Part shown: positions 17,899-18,278 of the stretch, piece by piece
How the letters are laid out: each line of letters begins with the position of its first letter
Numbering within the stretch: position 1 is the stretch's first letter
DNA from: Prevotella sp.
GTDB lineage: Bacteria; Bacteroidota; Bacteroidia; Bacteroidales; Dysgonomonadaceae
Direction of reading: 5' to 3'
NCBI GenBank assembly: GCA_031285625.1
Contig: JAITVV010000049.1
Location: 1-18,278 of the forward strand
DNA: 18,278 bases
Position numbers and translations under genes: made by a program
The notes under the pieces: generated by a model
Databases searched by the model: none
What the model saw: only the letters and a program-made list of their open reading frames with translations
Told to the model about the DNA's origin: nothing

Positions 17899-18144
17899 AT
17901 GGAGAATAATACGGTGATTGTTACAACGGAAGAATCCCTTGAGAAGATTATCGAAAGGGTGTTAGACAGGAAGATGCCAAAGCCTGAACCGGAGATTGAA
18001 AGGACGTTCAGCATCAATCAAGTTGCGAAAATGCTGCGGCGTTCGCATAAGAAGGTCTCGGATCTGGTTACGGCGGGTATTTTAAAGGCTACCTCCGACA
18101 GGAGGATTTATGAAAGTTCGGTCAGGGAATACAGCCAAAAGTAA
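17899..18144 (+). CDS. Small excisionase-like (HTH_17/MerR-type) DNA-binding protein
   Basis: 81 aa. VIVTTEESLEKIIERVL N-terminus, then FSINQVAKMLRRSHKKVSDLVTAGILKA...RIYESSV, the pattern of Bacteroidales Xis-like proteins. Confidence 0.75.
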   Translation: MENNTVIVTTEESLEKIIERVLDRKMPKPEPEIERTFSINQVAKMLRRSHKKVSDLVTAGILKATSDRRIYESSVREYSQK

Positions 18145-18232
18145 AGACTAAACTTATTGTATAATTCAGAAAGGTAGAGCAGAGGCTTGTATCTTGTGAA
18201 GTCCTTTTTCATCCACCACATGGGAAAGACCT

Positions 18233-18266
18233 GTAACGTCATCTTTACCGGATGGCGTTACTTCTT
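18233..18266 (+). terminator. Intrinsic terminator downstream of the Xis-like gene
   Basis: GTAACGTCATC (18233-43) pairs with GATGGCGTTAC (18251-61), 11 bp with one G.U, followed by TTCTT. Confidence 0.6.
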
Positions 18267-18278
18267 ATGGTATAAGCA

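Noticed and set aside
18151-18160. AACTTATTGT shared with 3734-3743
   Set aside because: A single AT-rich 10-mer match is expected by chance in a window of this composition.
1-18278. CRISPR array, tRNA, IS transposase or integrase
   Set aside because: No regularly spaced repeats, cloverleaf or recombinase motifs were seen.

Overview
AT-rich Bacteroidales (Dysgonomonas-like; inferred) genomic window. The core (1837-16838) is a compact polysaccharide utilization locus. It has a divergent SusR-like (DUF6377) membrane sensor-activator, a SusC/SusD pair, an uncharacterised surface lipoprotein, a PF05426/PL38-like lyase fused to a GH88, a stand-alone GH88, a GH2 carrying the NxKG beta-glucuronidase motif, and a second PL38-like lyase. 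Every enzyme acts on uronic-acid linkages, and there is no sulfatase, hexosaminidase or PL6/PL7/PL17. The best hypothesis is therefore a dedicated polyuronan (beta-1,4-glucuronan/cellouronate-like) degradation system rather than a canonical alginate or GAG PUL. The left flank has an AAA_14/DUF4143 ATPase gene and a consensus leftward promoter at the window edge, possibly an rRNA-operon-type promoter. The right flank has a repeat-rich, possibly pseudoknotted 200-bp spacer and a divergent XRE/excisionase-like HTH gene pair resembling a mobile-element regulatory switch. Family assignments come from motif recognition by eye, not database searches.
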